A stretch of DNA of 64,000 nucleotides. It comes from Octopus sinensis. Taxonomy: Eukaryota. This document shows, piece after piece, positions 39,020 to 50,320 of this stretch. The notes under the pieces were generated by a model. That model was not told where the DNA came from. It did not search any database and saw only the letters and a program-made list of their open reading frames with translations. The position numbers and the translations under genes were made by a program. The stretch spans positions 4,650,001-4,714,000 of the forward strand of contig NC_042999.1 of the NCBI RefSeq assembly GCF_006345805.1. Direction: 5' to 3'. Positions within the stretch are counted from its first letter, which is position 1, and each line of letters begins with the position of its first letter.

Positions 39020-39205
39020 GCTTGTGGAACAAGCTGCCAGACGAGATGGTGAAGATGCCGACGACCGCTTTGTTCAAAGCCTCCCTTGACCTCAAGTGGC
39101 CTGAACTCTTTACATGAACACCACCCTGTACTTAACTCCATGTCCCCCTACATGGCCTTGCTATTTGCTTTTGAGCCAAATTAACTAACTAACTAACTAA
39201 CTAAC
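39020..39205 (+). mobile_element. CR1-clade LINE 3' fragment with (TAAC)n tail
   Basis: LWNKLPDEMVKMPTTALFKASLDLKWPELFT* followed by a short UTR and (TAAC)n. Confidence 0.7.
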
Positions 39206-39210
39206 ATATA

Positions 39211-39918
39211 CAAAAGGGAATCAAAAAGTATACGGACTATTTTCAATGTATTTACACAAAAGCAGGGGATAAACAAGTACATCATTTTCCCATATAGTCC
39301 CTTTCCTTTTCGATGCATTTGGTCCAGCGGTCCACAAGTTTGCATATTCCCTCCAAGATGAAGGTTTCCGGTTGGTCGTGCAACCATTTATACACCGCTT
39401 CCTTCACATCTTCATCCATAGGAAATCGACGACCTCGTAAACCATCTTTGAGCGGTCCAAAGATATGATAGTCAGAAAGGGGCGAGATCTGGTTTGGGCT
39501 GTAGGCAGCATGTTCCAGCACCTCAAAACCCAATTGGTTAATGGTTTCAACAGCCTGGGTGGCCATGTGTGGGAGTGCATTGTCATGCATCAACAAAACT
39601 TTCTTCGACAGTAGGCATTTGGTGCAAATTGCTGGCTTCATTTTGTTGGGCAGCGAAGCATTGTATCTTGCACTGTTGATCTTACAACCCTTTTCCAGAG
39701 AAATCAGATCACTGCTTTCTGTTCTTCTTTGGTGTACATTGCTTGTGGTGCAGCCATACTTACACTGTGAAGCCAGAAAGAAAAATGGCACGATCAGGCT
39801 CAAACTTTGATCACGTGACCACAATAGTACCAACTATAAGCACACATGCACAGAAGGCAGTGTGACAATAACAAGATATGTTAAGGCGAAAGTGTGGATA
39901 ATTTTTGACTTCCCCTCG
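39211..39918 (-). mobile_element. Internally deleted mariner (Tc1/mariner, DD34D) element
   Basis: TA flanks at both ends and degenerate TIRs of about 28 bp (CAAAAGGGAATCAAAAAGTAT / rc CGAGGGGAAGTCAAAAATTAT). Minus-strand HDNALPH...YSPNQISPLSDYHIFGPLK...F...EDVK is the transposase C-terminus. Confidence 0.85.
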
Positions 39919-41314
39919 TATATATACATTCATACATTCATACTCAGCAGCAGCAGCACAACTATTTTGGCTGTCTGTCAATATTGGTGATAACTTTCCA
40001 TATATAAAGTTACGAGTTATAGTATCGAAAGAAGATTGCTCCGCTTCACTAATTAAGCAATTTAAATCACTAATTAAGCAACTTAAAGCAATGTCATCTC
40101 ACTTTGGGATGTCTGGCACAACACCTCCTCCCTTTCAGATTTTTTTTCTTTCCCCGACTGGCCTCATGCCGGTGGCACGTAAAAAGCACCATTCGTTCGT
40201 GGCCGTTGCCAGCCTCGCCTGGCCCCCATGCCGGTGGCACGTAAAAAGCACCATCCGTTCATGGCCATTGCCAGTGCCACCCCAACTGGCCTCGTGCCGG
40301 TGGCACGTAAAAAGCACCATTCGTTCGTGGCCGTTGCCAGCCTCCCCTGGCCCCCGTGCCGGTGGCACATAAAAAGCACCATCTGATCGTGGCCGTTGCC
40401 AGCCTCGCCTGGCCCCCATGCCGGTGGCACGTAAAAATCACCCACTACACTCATGGAGTGGTTGGCGTTAGGAAGGGCATCCAGCCGTAGAAACATTGCC
40501 AGATCAAACTGGGCCTGGTGCAGCCTCCTGGCTTCCCAGATCCCAGTCGAACCTTCCAACCCATGCTAGCATGGAAAGCGGACACTAAACGATGATGATG
40601 ATGATGACAACATTATCATTTTTTTCTTCAGAATGCCACAGGTAGTACCAGTTTACATTGTTTACTGGTAGTTCTACTAATACATAGCGGCCTGACTTAA
40701 ATCCTTCACATGGATTTATTAATATTATTATTTTTTTCTTCCACACAGAATTATTTTTCTCCTCAGAATGCCACAGGTAGTATCAATCTACATTGTTTAC
40801 CGATAGCACTACTAACATATAGTGACCTGACAGAAATCCTACAAATGGATTTGTATTATTTTTCACTATGTGTAGGTCAGTTCTTTGTTAGAGTTCCAGT
40901 TTTATCAGATATTTTTTTTCTTCAGAATCTTTTTTCAATAGAATTTATATATTTTTCATTGTGTGTACAGTATTTTTCACTGTGTATAGTTCAAATCCTA
41001 CTTTGGGATTTTTAATATTTTTCACCGTGTGTAGTTGTGTCTTCTTACACAATCCATCTGTGTTGTATCTTATCAGCCACTGCTTGTAGTTCAAAATCTT
41101 TCTTCGACAGGATTTTAAAATATTTTTCACTGTGTGTGTTCAAATCCTCATCACCACAGGTATGTCCCGCATTATGATGACATATTTCGTCATCTGCATG
41201 ACTGGCCCATACGGTGTATCTCGCCGACTGACACTTCTTGCTGTGGTCTTACTTGGTCAAGAGTCGACTCCCACCATTTAAGTATGTATGCATGTATGCA
41301 TGTGTGTTATAATA

Positions 41315-41372
<58 letters not shown>

Positions 41373-41386
41373 CACACATACACACA

Positions 41387-41458
<72 letters not shown>

Positions 41459-41929
41459 GATTCAGATGAATATGGTACTTAAGTTGAGGCACCAGAATTT
41501 AGTCCACTATTTATCAGTAGTGGAACAGCCCACTTCTCACTTGGGGGTGTCCACCACAACAAAACCACCCAACCCTTGCCAGCATGGAAAGCGGATGTTA
41601 AATGATGATGATGATGATGATGATCCATGGTGGCATGACTTGGATTGCTATCACGTATGCATGTGTATGTGTGTGTGTGTGTGTGTGTGTGTTCGTGCTT
41701 AAATGGGTAAACCAGTGCTGTTTCCCTCCTACACCACTTATCTAATCAGTTAAAAATCTAGTGTTACTACTTTTATCAGCTGATTATTTGATTTGATTGT
41801 TTTTTTAAGGTATCCACTTAACTATTTTACAAACTTATGAAACTAGGCAGTTATCAGGCCGAGTAAAAAGCAAGCAATGTTTTGAAACATGAGATTCATC
41901 CTAATATATTTCTGGAGCGTGATTAGTGA

Positions 41930-42640
41930 AACGTGTGGTCAAGCATTGTCATGAAGAATGATTGGCCCTCTTCTGTTGACCAGTCTGGAACAGAGAAGTA
42001 ACAGTTTTTTGTTCATTTTGGCAATTTCATAGCAATATATTTCTACAGTAATGGTTTTTCTGGGTTTTAAGAAGTTATAGTGGATGACTCCAACAGTACA
42101 CCAACAAACAGTTACCATAACCTTTTTGAAGAACTCGGGTTTAGGTTTTTGGTGCTTCATTTTAGTCCACCACTGGGAAGAACATTTTTTATTATTGTAC
42201 AGAATCCCATTTTCATTGCAAGTTACAATACGGTCAAGAAATGGATCAGTCTGGTTCTAGAGAAGTGACAAGCAAATTTCATATCTGTGCATTTTCTGAT
42301 TTTCATTCAAATCATGTGGTGCCCATTTTTTAGGCTTTTTTTATTTTCCAATCGCATGCAAATGGTTACAGGCAGTTTTCTGGCTAACTTGAAGTTCTTT
42401 TCCTAGTTCTCAAGTGGTTTTATGTGGATCTTTCTCAATGGCGGTCTTTAACTGACCATCATTGACGAAATATGGGCGTCCACTACACTTATGAGCTTCA
42501 AGGCTCAGTACTCCACTGCGAAATCGTTTAAACCATTTTCGAGCTGACCACTCATTGGTCATATCCTCACCAAATGCTTCATTGATATTGCAAGCAGTTT
42601 CAGCTGCTTTACGTCCTTTTTTGAAGTTGAATAGCAAAAG
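41930..42640 (-). mobile_element. Decayed mariner transposase (Hsmar1/SETMAR-like)
   Basis: FKKGRKAAETACNINEAFG...WFKRFRSG...SGRP (paired-like HTH) and KVMVTVCW...GVIHYNFL...TITVEIYC...ILHDNA (catalytic region), in broken frames. Confidence 0.85.
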
Positions 42641-44504
42641 TGGTTGTGCTTTGACAGTTCCATTTCAGATGATTGTAACAACGGTGAAAAAAATATCAAT
42701 GTTAATTTATTGATGCATTTAAGCAAGTCTATGCCTGTATTATCAGACAATTGCAAAACAAATGTTCAAAAAATTTCAAAACTCTGCAAAAATCCAGTAC
42801 AAATTCTTCATGGTTCAAAACATTACTTACTTTTTACTCAACCTGATACAATTTGTTGTGGGTTTTGTACCAATTGGCAGAACTGTAATCCATCCAGGCA
42901 TCATTTTGTTAGGCAAGGCAGACATCTCAAGACATATACATTATTATTATTGGAAAAAATTCAAAGTCTTACAGCTGTTTCTGGGATATCCCCAAGTATG
43001 AGATATTCCATCATCAGAGACAAATAGGGAAAAATAGGGAAAATGAGAAGGATATATATTAATGAAATGGTGACATAGAGGATGGGAGTAAAAGAATAAG
43101 GAGATAAAGAGAGAGAAGAAAAAAGAAGCATGAAAGTTCATAGTTCAATTTTCCAATGTTGTAGAAACATGTTTCTATAATTTACAGTTTTAAGTAAATT
43201 TCCAGAAAATCAATTTAATTCACATACACAAATGATACACTTACTTATATACATGCACACACACATACACACACACACACAGAGGAGATTAAGTGATATA
43301 GTTTAAAACTGTTTGAAACTGTTACCTAAAATTAGATATGCTTTAGACTTTACAAAGCTTTGGAATGATATTAAACTATAATACATTGTGTGTGTGTGTG
43401 TGTGTGTGTGTGTGGCATTATATGTATATGTGTATGTGTGTAAATCGTATATTTTCTTTTGTTTTGGTACAAAATTGTGATCGTTATCTTTGACCTTTTC
43501 CTTGTTTCAGTCATCAGACTGCGGCCATGCTGGAGCACTGTTTTGAAGAATTGCTAGTCAAATGAATCAACCCCGGGTTCTTATTTCTTTTTTAAAACTG
43601 GTGCTTATTCCATCAGTCTCTTTTGCTGAACCACCAAGCTATGGGGGCACATAAAAACACCGCCATTGGTTTTCAAGTGATGGGGGAACAGACAGACACA
43701 AATACACACGTGCACACACACACATATCATACCCACAACCACACACTCACACACACACACACATATCATACCCACAACAACACACTCACACACACACATA
43801 TCATACCCACAACCACACACTCACACACACACATACACACACACACATATACGATGGGCTTCATTCAGTTTCCGTCTACCAAATCCACTCACAAAGCTTT
43901 GGTCACCCTGAAGTTATAGTAGAAGACCTATTCCCAAGCTGCCATGCAGTGGAATTGAGCCCAGAACCATGTGGCCGGGAAGTGCACTTCTTATCACACA
44001 GCCACAGCTGCTCATGTCTTGGTGAAGAGACACTGGAAAGAGAAAATGGCCGAAATATCTCAGCTATTTCTTATCAACTCCATTGGAGATACAGTAATGG
44101 CAATGGTCATTGTGGAGCATTGGTTGTGAAACCGAATGCACGGAGAGATGGGGAAGAGAGCTGGAGGATAGATTTGGAAATTATGGGAAGAGGTTGGGGA
44201 AAATTTTGATTGAGGGAAAAAATAAGAGTGAAGACTAGAGAGAGAAAGGAAGAGTAATGTATATATGCATATGTGTGTGTATGTGTATATATATATATGT
44301 ATCATCATCATCATCATCGTCGTTTAACGTCCGTTCTCCATGCTAGCATGGGTTGGACGGTTCGACCGGGGATCTGGGAAGCCAGAAGGCTGCACCAGGC
44401 TCCAGTCTTATCTGGCAGTGTTTCTACAGCTGGATGCCCTTCCTAACGCCAACCACTCCGTGAGTGTAGTGGGTGCTTTTTACGTGCCACCTGCACAGTG
44501 TATA

Positions 44505-44537
<33 letters not shown>

Positions 44538-44652
44538 GGCCTGCTCGCTTAGCCAGCGGGGTGGCGTCATTTGAAGGCTAAAACAATGCGAACGCATGGT
44601 GACCAGCAATGTGTAGCAACATCTCATAGCCTGGTCGGTCACGGTGATCATG

Positions 44653-44695
<43 letters not shown>

Positions 44696-44806
44696 ATATA
44701 TATACTATATCAAGAATGAGTTGGTGTGTGTGTCTGTGTCTGTGTGTATATATATATATTTGTATGTATGTATGTATGTAAGTATGTATGTATATATGTG
44801 TGTATA

Positions 44807-44848
<42 letters not shown>

Positions 44849-44999
44849 TATATATATGTATGCGTGTATGTGTATATATATATATACACACACAGACACA
44901 CACACCAATTCATTCTCTATATAGTATATATATGTGTGTGTGTAGTTATGTATGCATGTATATATATATATGTATGTATATAAGGGGAAGCTTTATGAA

Positions 45000-45180
45000 A
45001 ATAGACAAAAGACGAAGGCAGGTAGAAAACAAACGAACAATTGTATTAGTATGGCGCTCAGGAAATATAAATAAAACAAGTCTTTAACGTTTCGAGCCTA
45101 CGCTCTTCAACAGAAAGATACACAGAGAGAAAAAAAACACAGAAAGAAGGAGAGAAAAAAATGCGTGCAGTAGCTAACGT
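45000..45180 (-). mobile_element. Penelope-like terminal fragment carrying a minimal hammerhead-like motif
   Basis: rc TCTTT CTGTTGA A GAGC GTAG GCTC GAAAC GTT AAAGA at 45080-45119. Homologous fragments at about 2910-3100(-), 32340-32540(+) and 46010-46210(-), all abutting (TA)-rich microsatellite. Confidence 0.6.
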
Positions 45181-45219
45181 ATATATGTATATATGTAAAT
45201 ATGTATGTGTATATATGTA

Positions 45220-45311
<92 letters not shown>

Positions 45312-46695
45312 GATATATATATATATCCAGTGAGAGAGAGAGAGAGGAACTATAGAAAGGAAGTGAAGATGCACTATGAAACTGTAATGAACTCCCAAAA
45401 TTAAAGTATGCGCTGTAAGTTCATAAGAACCTTATTTTTCTGGAGGGTATCAAAGGATTTACAAAAATAAATGACAACGATTATCAGCATCAGAGGGATT
45501 AAAGGGCAGCAAAGTTGGTTTATGTGGGATTTAAAATTAGAGAAAAAGGGGAAAAAAACTAAATAGAGTAATTTATTTAGTTTGGTGCTTTTCAAGTACA
45601 AACATCTTTACTACCATTAATTTATATTTATATAGTAATTCATGGAGTCATTAATGTATTATAATTAATGAATATATACCGTTAAAAGGCATGATGCTGT
45701 GGTTTTTGTCTGAGAAAAATATCTTCATAAACATATATTAGAATTACAATATATATTAAAATGAGGCAAATATCATCCCAGCAGCAACTTCAGATGCACT
45801 GCAGCCGTTTTGGACCTTGTCAATGACATGTACCCATCACCTCATGCTTAAACATAATTGTCTCTTTTGATATATAGCAAACAAGGAATAATATATTGAC
45901 TGAGATTAGGGGAAAATTTGGTGGAATAAAAACTAAGTGTATGCAATTGAAACAACATTAAAATGAAATAGCCATCTGTGAACTATACTTAATATATATA
46001 TATATATATAAAATGGGAAAGTTTACGAAAATAAACAAATGACGAAAGCAGTTGGAGTACAAACAAACAAATGTATTAGTATAGCGCTCAGGAATAGAAA
46101 TAGAAAAAGTCTTTTACGTTTCGAGCCTATGCTCTTTGACAGAAAGATACACAGAAAAAAACAAGGACAGAAAAAAATGCGTGTAGGAGCTAACGATCTA
46201 TCATGGCATCCTAACTTCGGACATATACATATATACATATATACATATATATGTGTGTGTGTGTATAATTGAAATATGCATAGCGGGACTCATGGAGGCA
46301 ATGACCAAGACCTTTGGCATTATGTTGTGCTTGGGAAGAAGATCCATCAAACCGAGTAAAATCACAGTCATGGCAGATACTGGCGTCACCCATTACATTC
46401 TCGGAGTGGTTGGCATTAGGAAGGGCATCCAGCCTTAGAAAACCATGCCAAATCAGACTGGATCCTGGCACAGTTTTCCAGCATGCCAGCCCAGTCAAAC
46501 CATCCAGCTCATACCAGCATGGATAACAGACATTAAATGACGATGATATCTGTGTGTGTGTGTGTTGTGTAGTTGTCACTAAATGTGACTGTAGATGCTA
46601 CTAGTACAGTCAGAATTAGTGACAACTGGATTTTGCCTATACAGTTTATATTGCTCCCAGCTGCCACATATATATATATATATATAAATATTATT

Positions 46696-46738
<43 letters not shown>

Positions 46739-46828
46739 GGGTAAAATTAATTAATTAATTAATTAATAATCAATAATTTTACCAAGTAGTTCAGTACATT
46801 AAAATAACGTTTTTGAGAAACATTATAC

Positions 46829-47264
46829 AAATATTCTATAATTATCAGCATAATTATAATCAGCTAATTGCTTCACCAAGCACCAAATTTAGAAATATCA
46901 GTTAAAATACTTTTTCCGCTGCCATAAATATGTCCCAGACGGTAACACACATTTTTACGTAGGCAAAGAAAAAAAATAACGAATCCACACAGATTAGCCA
47001 CATACACATTTCGGGATTAAAGTAAAGTTATATTTCCTTACTTATCAGTGCAGGATTTCAAATACAAATTTGAGAGTGTTAGAATTAGATATGTACGCAA
47101 TCAAGTGTTATTGCATAACTGATATATATGCACTTCCAAAAATATACAGCTGAGATATTTATGGTAGCGGAAAAAGTATTTTAACTGCTATTTCTAAATT
47201 CAGTGTGTGGTGAAGCAATTAGCTGACCTCTGATTTTAATTATGCTTATAATTATAGAATATTT
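46829..47264. repeat. MITE/foldback-like element with inverted arms of about 105 bp
   Basis: The arm starting at 46829 (AAATATTCTATAATTAT...AAAATACTTTTTCCGCTGCCATAAATAT) is the reverse complement of about 47150-47264. Confidence 0.85.
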
Positions 47265-47919
47265 ATATATATATATATATATATATCATCATCATTATCA
47301 TCATCGTTTAATGCCCAACCACGTCCCACCCATGCTAGCTTTCCATGCTGGCATGGGTTGGACGATTTGACTGAGGACTGGTGAACCAGATGGCTGCACC
47401 AGGCTCCAATCTTGATCTGGCAGAGTTTCTACAGCTGGATGCCCTTCCTAATGCCAACCACTCCGAGAGTGTAGTAGGCACTTTTATGTGCCACTGGCAC
47501 AAGGGCCAGCCAGGCGGTACTGACAATGGCCATGCTCAAATGATGATTTTTATGTGCTACGTGCACGGGAGCCAGTCCAGCGGCACTGGCAACGACCTTG
47601 CTCAAATGTTTTTTCACGTGCCAGTAAGGCGACACTGGTAACGCTCACGCTCAAATGCTTTTTAGGTGCCCCGCTCTAGCAACGATCACATTCGGATGGT
47701 GCTCTTAGTGCTCCACTAGCATGGATGCCAGTCATCAAATTTGATTTCGATTTCACTTGCCTCAACAGGTCTTCGCAAGCAGAGTTTAGTGTCCAATGAA
47801 GGAAAGGTATGCATAAGTGGGCTGATTACACCCCTGGCATTGGCCATGAGGTTAGGGTCTCATTTGGCTTGCCGGATCTTCTCACCAGAGTAAGCACATA
47901 AATGTGAAACAAGGTGGAC

Positions 47920-48060
47920 AAAAGAGTACTCAAATACCAGAGGTAGAGTAACATGCTTTGCTTAAAAGCAGCAGAAATATAGCAAAAGCTGTTACTCGGA
48001 GTTTCATGTTCCCGTTCATCGGACAGTTTTGTTAAAATAAATATATGAATATTTATATAC
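47920..48060 (-). mobile_element. Second Penelope-like fragment family with decayed hammerhead motif
   Basis: rc AAAA CTGT CCGATGA ACG GGAA CAT GAAAC TCCGA GTA ACAG C TTTT at 47985-48030. A more decayed homolog lies at 3157-3200(-). Confidence 0.5.
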
Positions 48061-48441
48061 ATTTATATACATTGCCAGCCTCGCTTGGCCCCCGTGCCGG
48101 TGGCACGTAGCACCATCCGTTCGTGGCCATTGCCAGCCTTGCCTGGCCCCCGTGCCGGTGGCACGTAAAAAGCACCATCCGTCCGTGGCCGTTTGCCACC
48201 CTCATCTGGCACCTGTGCCGGTGGCACGTAAAAAGCACCCACTACACTCATGGAGTGGTTGGCGTTAGGAAGGGCATCCAGCCGTAGAAACACTGCCAGA
48301 TCAGACTGGAGCCTGATGCAGCCTCCATGGCTTCTAAGACCCCAGTTGAACCGTCCAACCCATGCTAGCATGGAGAACGGACGTTAAACGATGATGATGA
48401 TGATGATGATGATACATATAAATCTATGTAATTTCTTTCAG

Positions 48442-48671
48442 ATATTTTCACTAAAGTAACTTCCCATGAATCCGTAGAGAAGCTGCTGTCAAATGGTCGT
48501 GGTGGAGAAATAGAATGCGCATCTAAATGTTTGCTCACACACGATTGTCAGGTGATTGTCGTTAAGAGGGATGGAACTTGTAAACTCTACAGTGTTGGTA
48601 GAGCAAACAGAAACATTGACTGCAGGTCTGCAGGAAACCAATGCTTTTATAGAGACAAACCAAAATACTGA
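48442..48671 (+). CDS. Terminal coding exon: PAN/apple-like domain
   Basis: Acceptor atttctttcag|, phase 1. Translates (D)IFTKVTSHESVEKLLSNGRGGEIECASKCLLTHDCQVIVVKRDGTCKLYSVGRANRNIDCRSAGNQCFYRDKPKY*. The C-x3-C-x5-C...C-x-L-Y spacing is PAN-like, and AATAAA follows downstream. Confidence 0.75.
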
Positions 48672-48743
48672 TTAAAAGAAAAAACAGAATTGTAAAAACA
48701 TTGCAATCTATTGAATGTATTTTTGTTTTTTGTTTAATTTAAA

Positions 48744-48749
48744 AATAAA
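48744..48749 (+). promoter_or_regulatory. Candidate polyadenylation signal of the CTLD-PAN gene
   Basis: AATAAA about 70 nt after the TGA stop, followed by T/GT-rich sequence. Confidence 0.45.
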
Positions 48750-48944
48750 GTTTACATTCTTATTTTGTGAGGTATCTATTTTCAAACTGCTTTGTATAAA
48801 TTCTGCAATTTTGAATTCTGGTTTAGAAATTTGGAAGCTATTCATTATAAAATCATCTTCAGTAATTAACTGGTACTTTATTTTATCAACCCCGGGAAGT
48901 ATGAAGGGCAAAGTTTGACCTTGGCAGGATTTCAACTCAGTGGC

Positions 48945-49172
48945 GAGCTGGCACAAATGTTAGCATATCAGGAGAAAGGCTTAGCGGTATTTCGTCTGCC
49001 ATTAGGTTCTGAGTTCAAATTATGCCGAGGTCGACTTTGCCTTTTATCCTTTCGGGGTCGATAAATTAAGTACCAGTTATGCACTGGGGTCAATATAATC
49101 GACTTAATCCCTTTGTCTGTCCTTGTTTATCCCCTCTATGTTTAGCCCCTTGTGGGCAATAAAGAAATAAGG
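48945..49172 (+). mobile_element. SINE family B, representative copy
   Basis: GGCGAGCTGGCA...TTCTGAGTTCAAATT...GAGGTCGACTTTGCCTTT.ATCCTTTCGGGGTCGATAAATTAAGTACCAG...TAAAGAAATAAG. Other copies at about 5935-6125(-), 13395-13632, 25790-26015(-), 28075-28275, 32755-33165 (x2), 58780-58965(-), 60265-60425(-) and 61820-61962. Confidence 0.85.
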
Positions 49173-49692
49173 ATTTCAATTCAGAATATAAAGAAGTAGA
49201 CAAAATTCTATGAGGAATTTTATCTATTCCGCCACAGTCTTTGTTGTTGCATGGCTTGCATGCCTCAATGATCCTGAGAGGTATACCGACAGAGCACAAG
49301 CCCCTGGGAGAGACTCCCTTGATGAACGAATCAAGGGACAGAGGCCAGACTTATATGGAGCAATTCTTCTCAGAAGTAAAAATGGGTTTATGTAGGGCTA
49401 ACATCTCTAGACAGAAAACAAAGCAAAATAACAGAATCATGAATGGCCCTTCAAAACTAACAAGTCCTGGGAGAGGAAGGTTTTCCCTTAGCATCAATGG
49501 ATTCAGCTCATCCAGTGATGCAGATATGGTGCCTGTGGAGTACTGTATCTTGGCTGGTATCCAGTGCACACTTGGTGACCCTGGAAAATCTGGGCCAGCA
49601 ACAGTTCACAGCTCTTGAGTCAGTCTATACCCGCTATCTGCAGTAGGTCCCCAAAGTGTACAGTTCAAATATTTTCTACTACCACCATAGTT

Positions 49693-49764
49693 GCCTCCAT
49701 AGCTCAGTGGTTAGAGCACTGGTTTTGTAACCAGGGGTCATGAGTTCGATCCTCACTGGGGGCT
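49693..49764 (+). tRNA. tRNA-Thr(TGT)-like pseudogene / SINE head
   Basis: GCCTCCATAGCTCAGTGGTTAGAGCACTGGTTTTGTAACCAGGGGTCATGAGTTCGATCCTCACTGGGGGCT. The acceptor stem GCCTCCA/TGGGGGC is intact. The anticodon stem CTGGT/ACCAG has a 6-nt loop TTTGTA (one nt short), and there is an A-C mismatch at the first T-stem pair. Confidence 0.8.
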
Positions 49765-50268
49765 TCTGTTACACAATTTTAAACGGCGGTGCATCAACAT
49801 GGCTGCAGCTCTGAGCCGAAACGTAAAAAAAGAAAACAAAAAGCAAGATCTGCACCCTTGGTTAGCTTCATCTGGGTTCATGTCCAAAGCTTATATAGGG
49901 AGCAAAGGGCTTAAGTGAATATGTATTTTATCTAATTGGTTTTATAGTAATTATAATATCAGGCTCTTGGCTGGTTATGTTAAAGTTGTTGCTGTTGTTT
50001 CGTTGGTTATGTCGAGTAATCATGGCTTTTCTGAAACAGACTTTTATATCCTCTTTTACTCTTTTATTTGTTTCAGTCATTTGACTGTGGTCATGCTGGA
50101 GCACCGCCTTTAGTTGAGCAAATCGACCCCACAACTTATTCTTTGTAAGCCTAGTACTTATTCTATCGGTCTCTTTTGCCGAACCGCTAAGTTACAGGGA
50201 CGTAAACACACCATCATCGGTTGTCAAGCGATGTTGTGGGGACAAAGACAGGCACACAAACATATACA

Positions 50269-50320
<52 letters not shown>

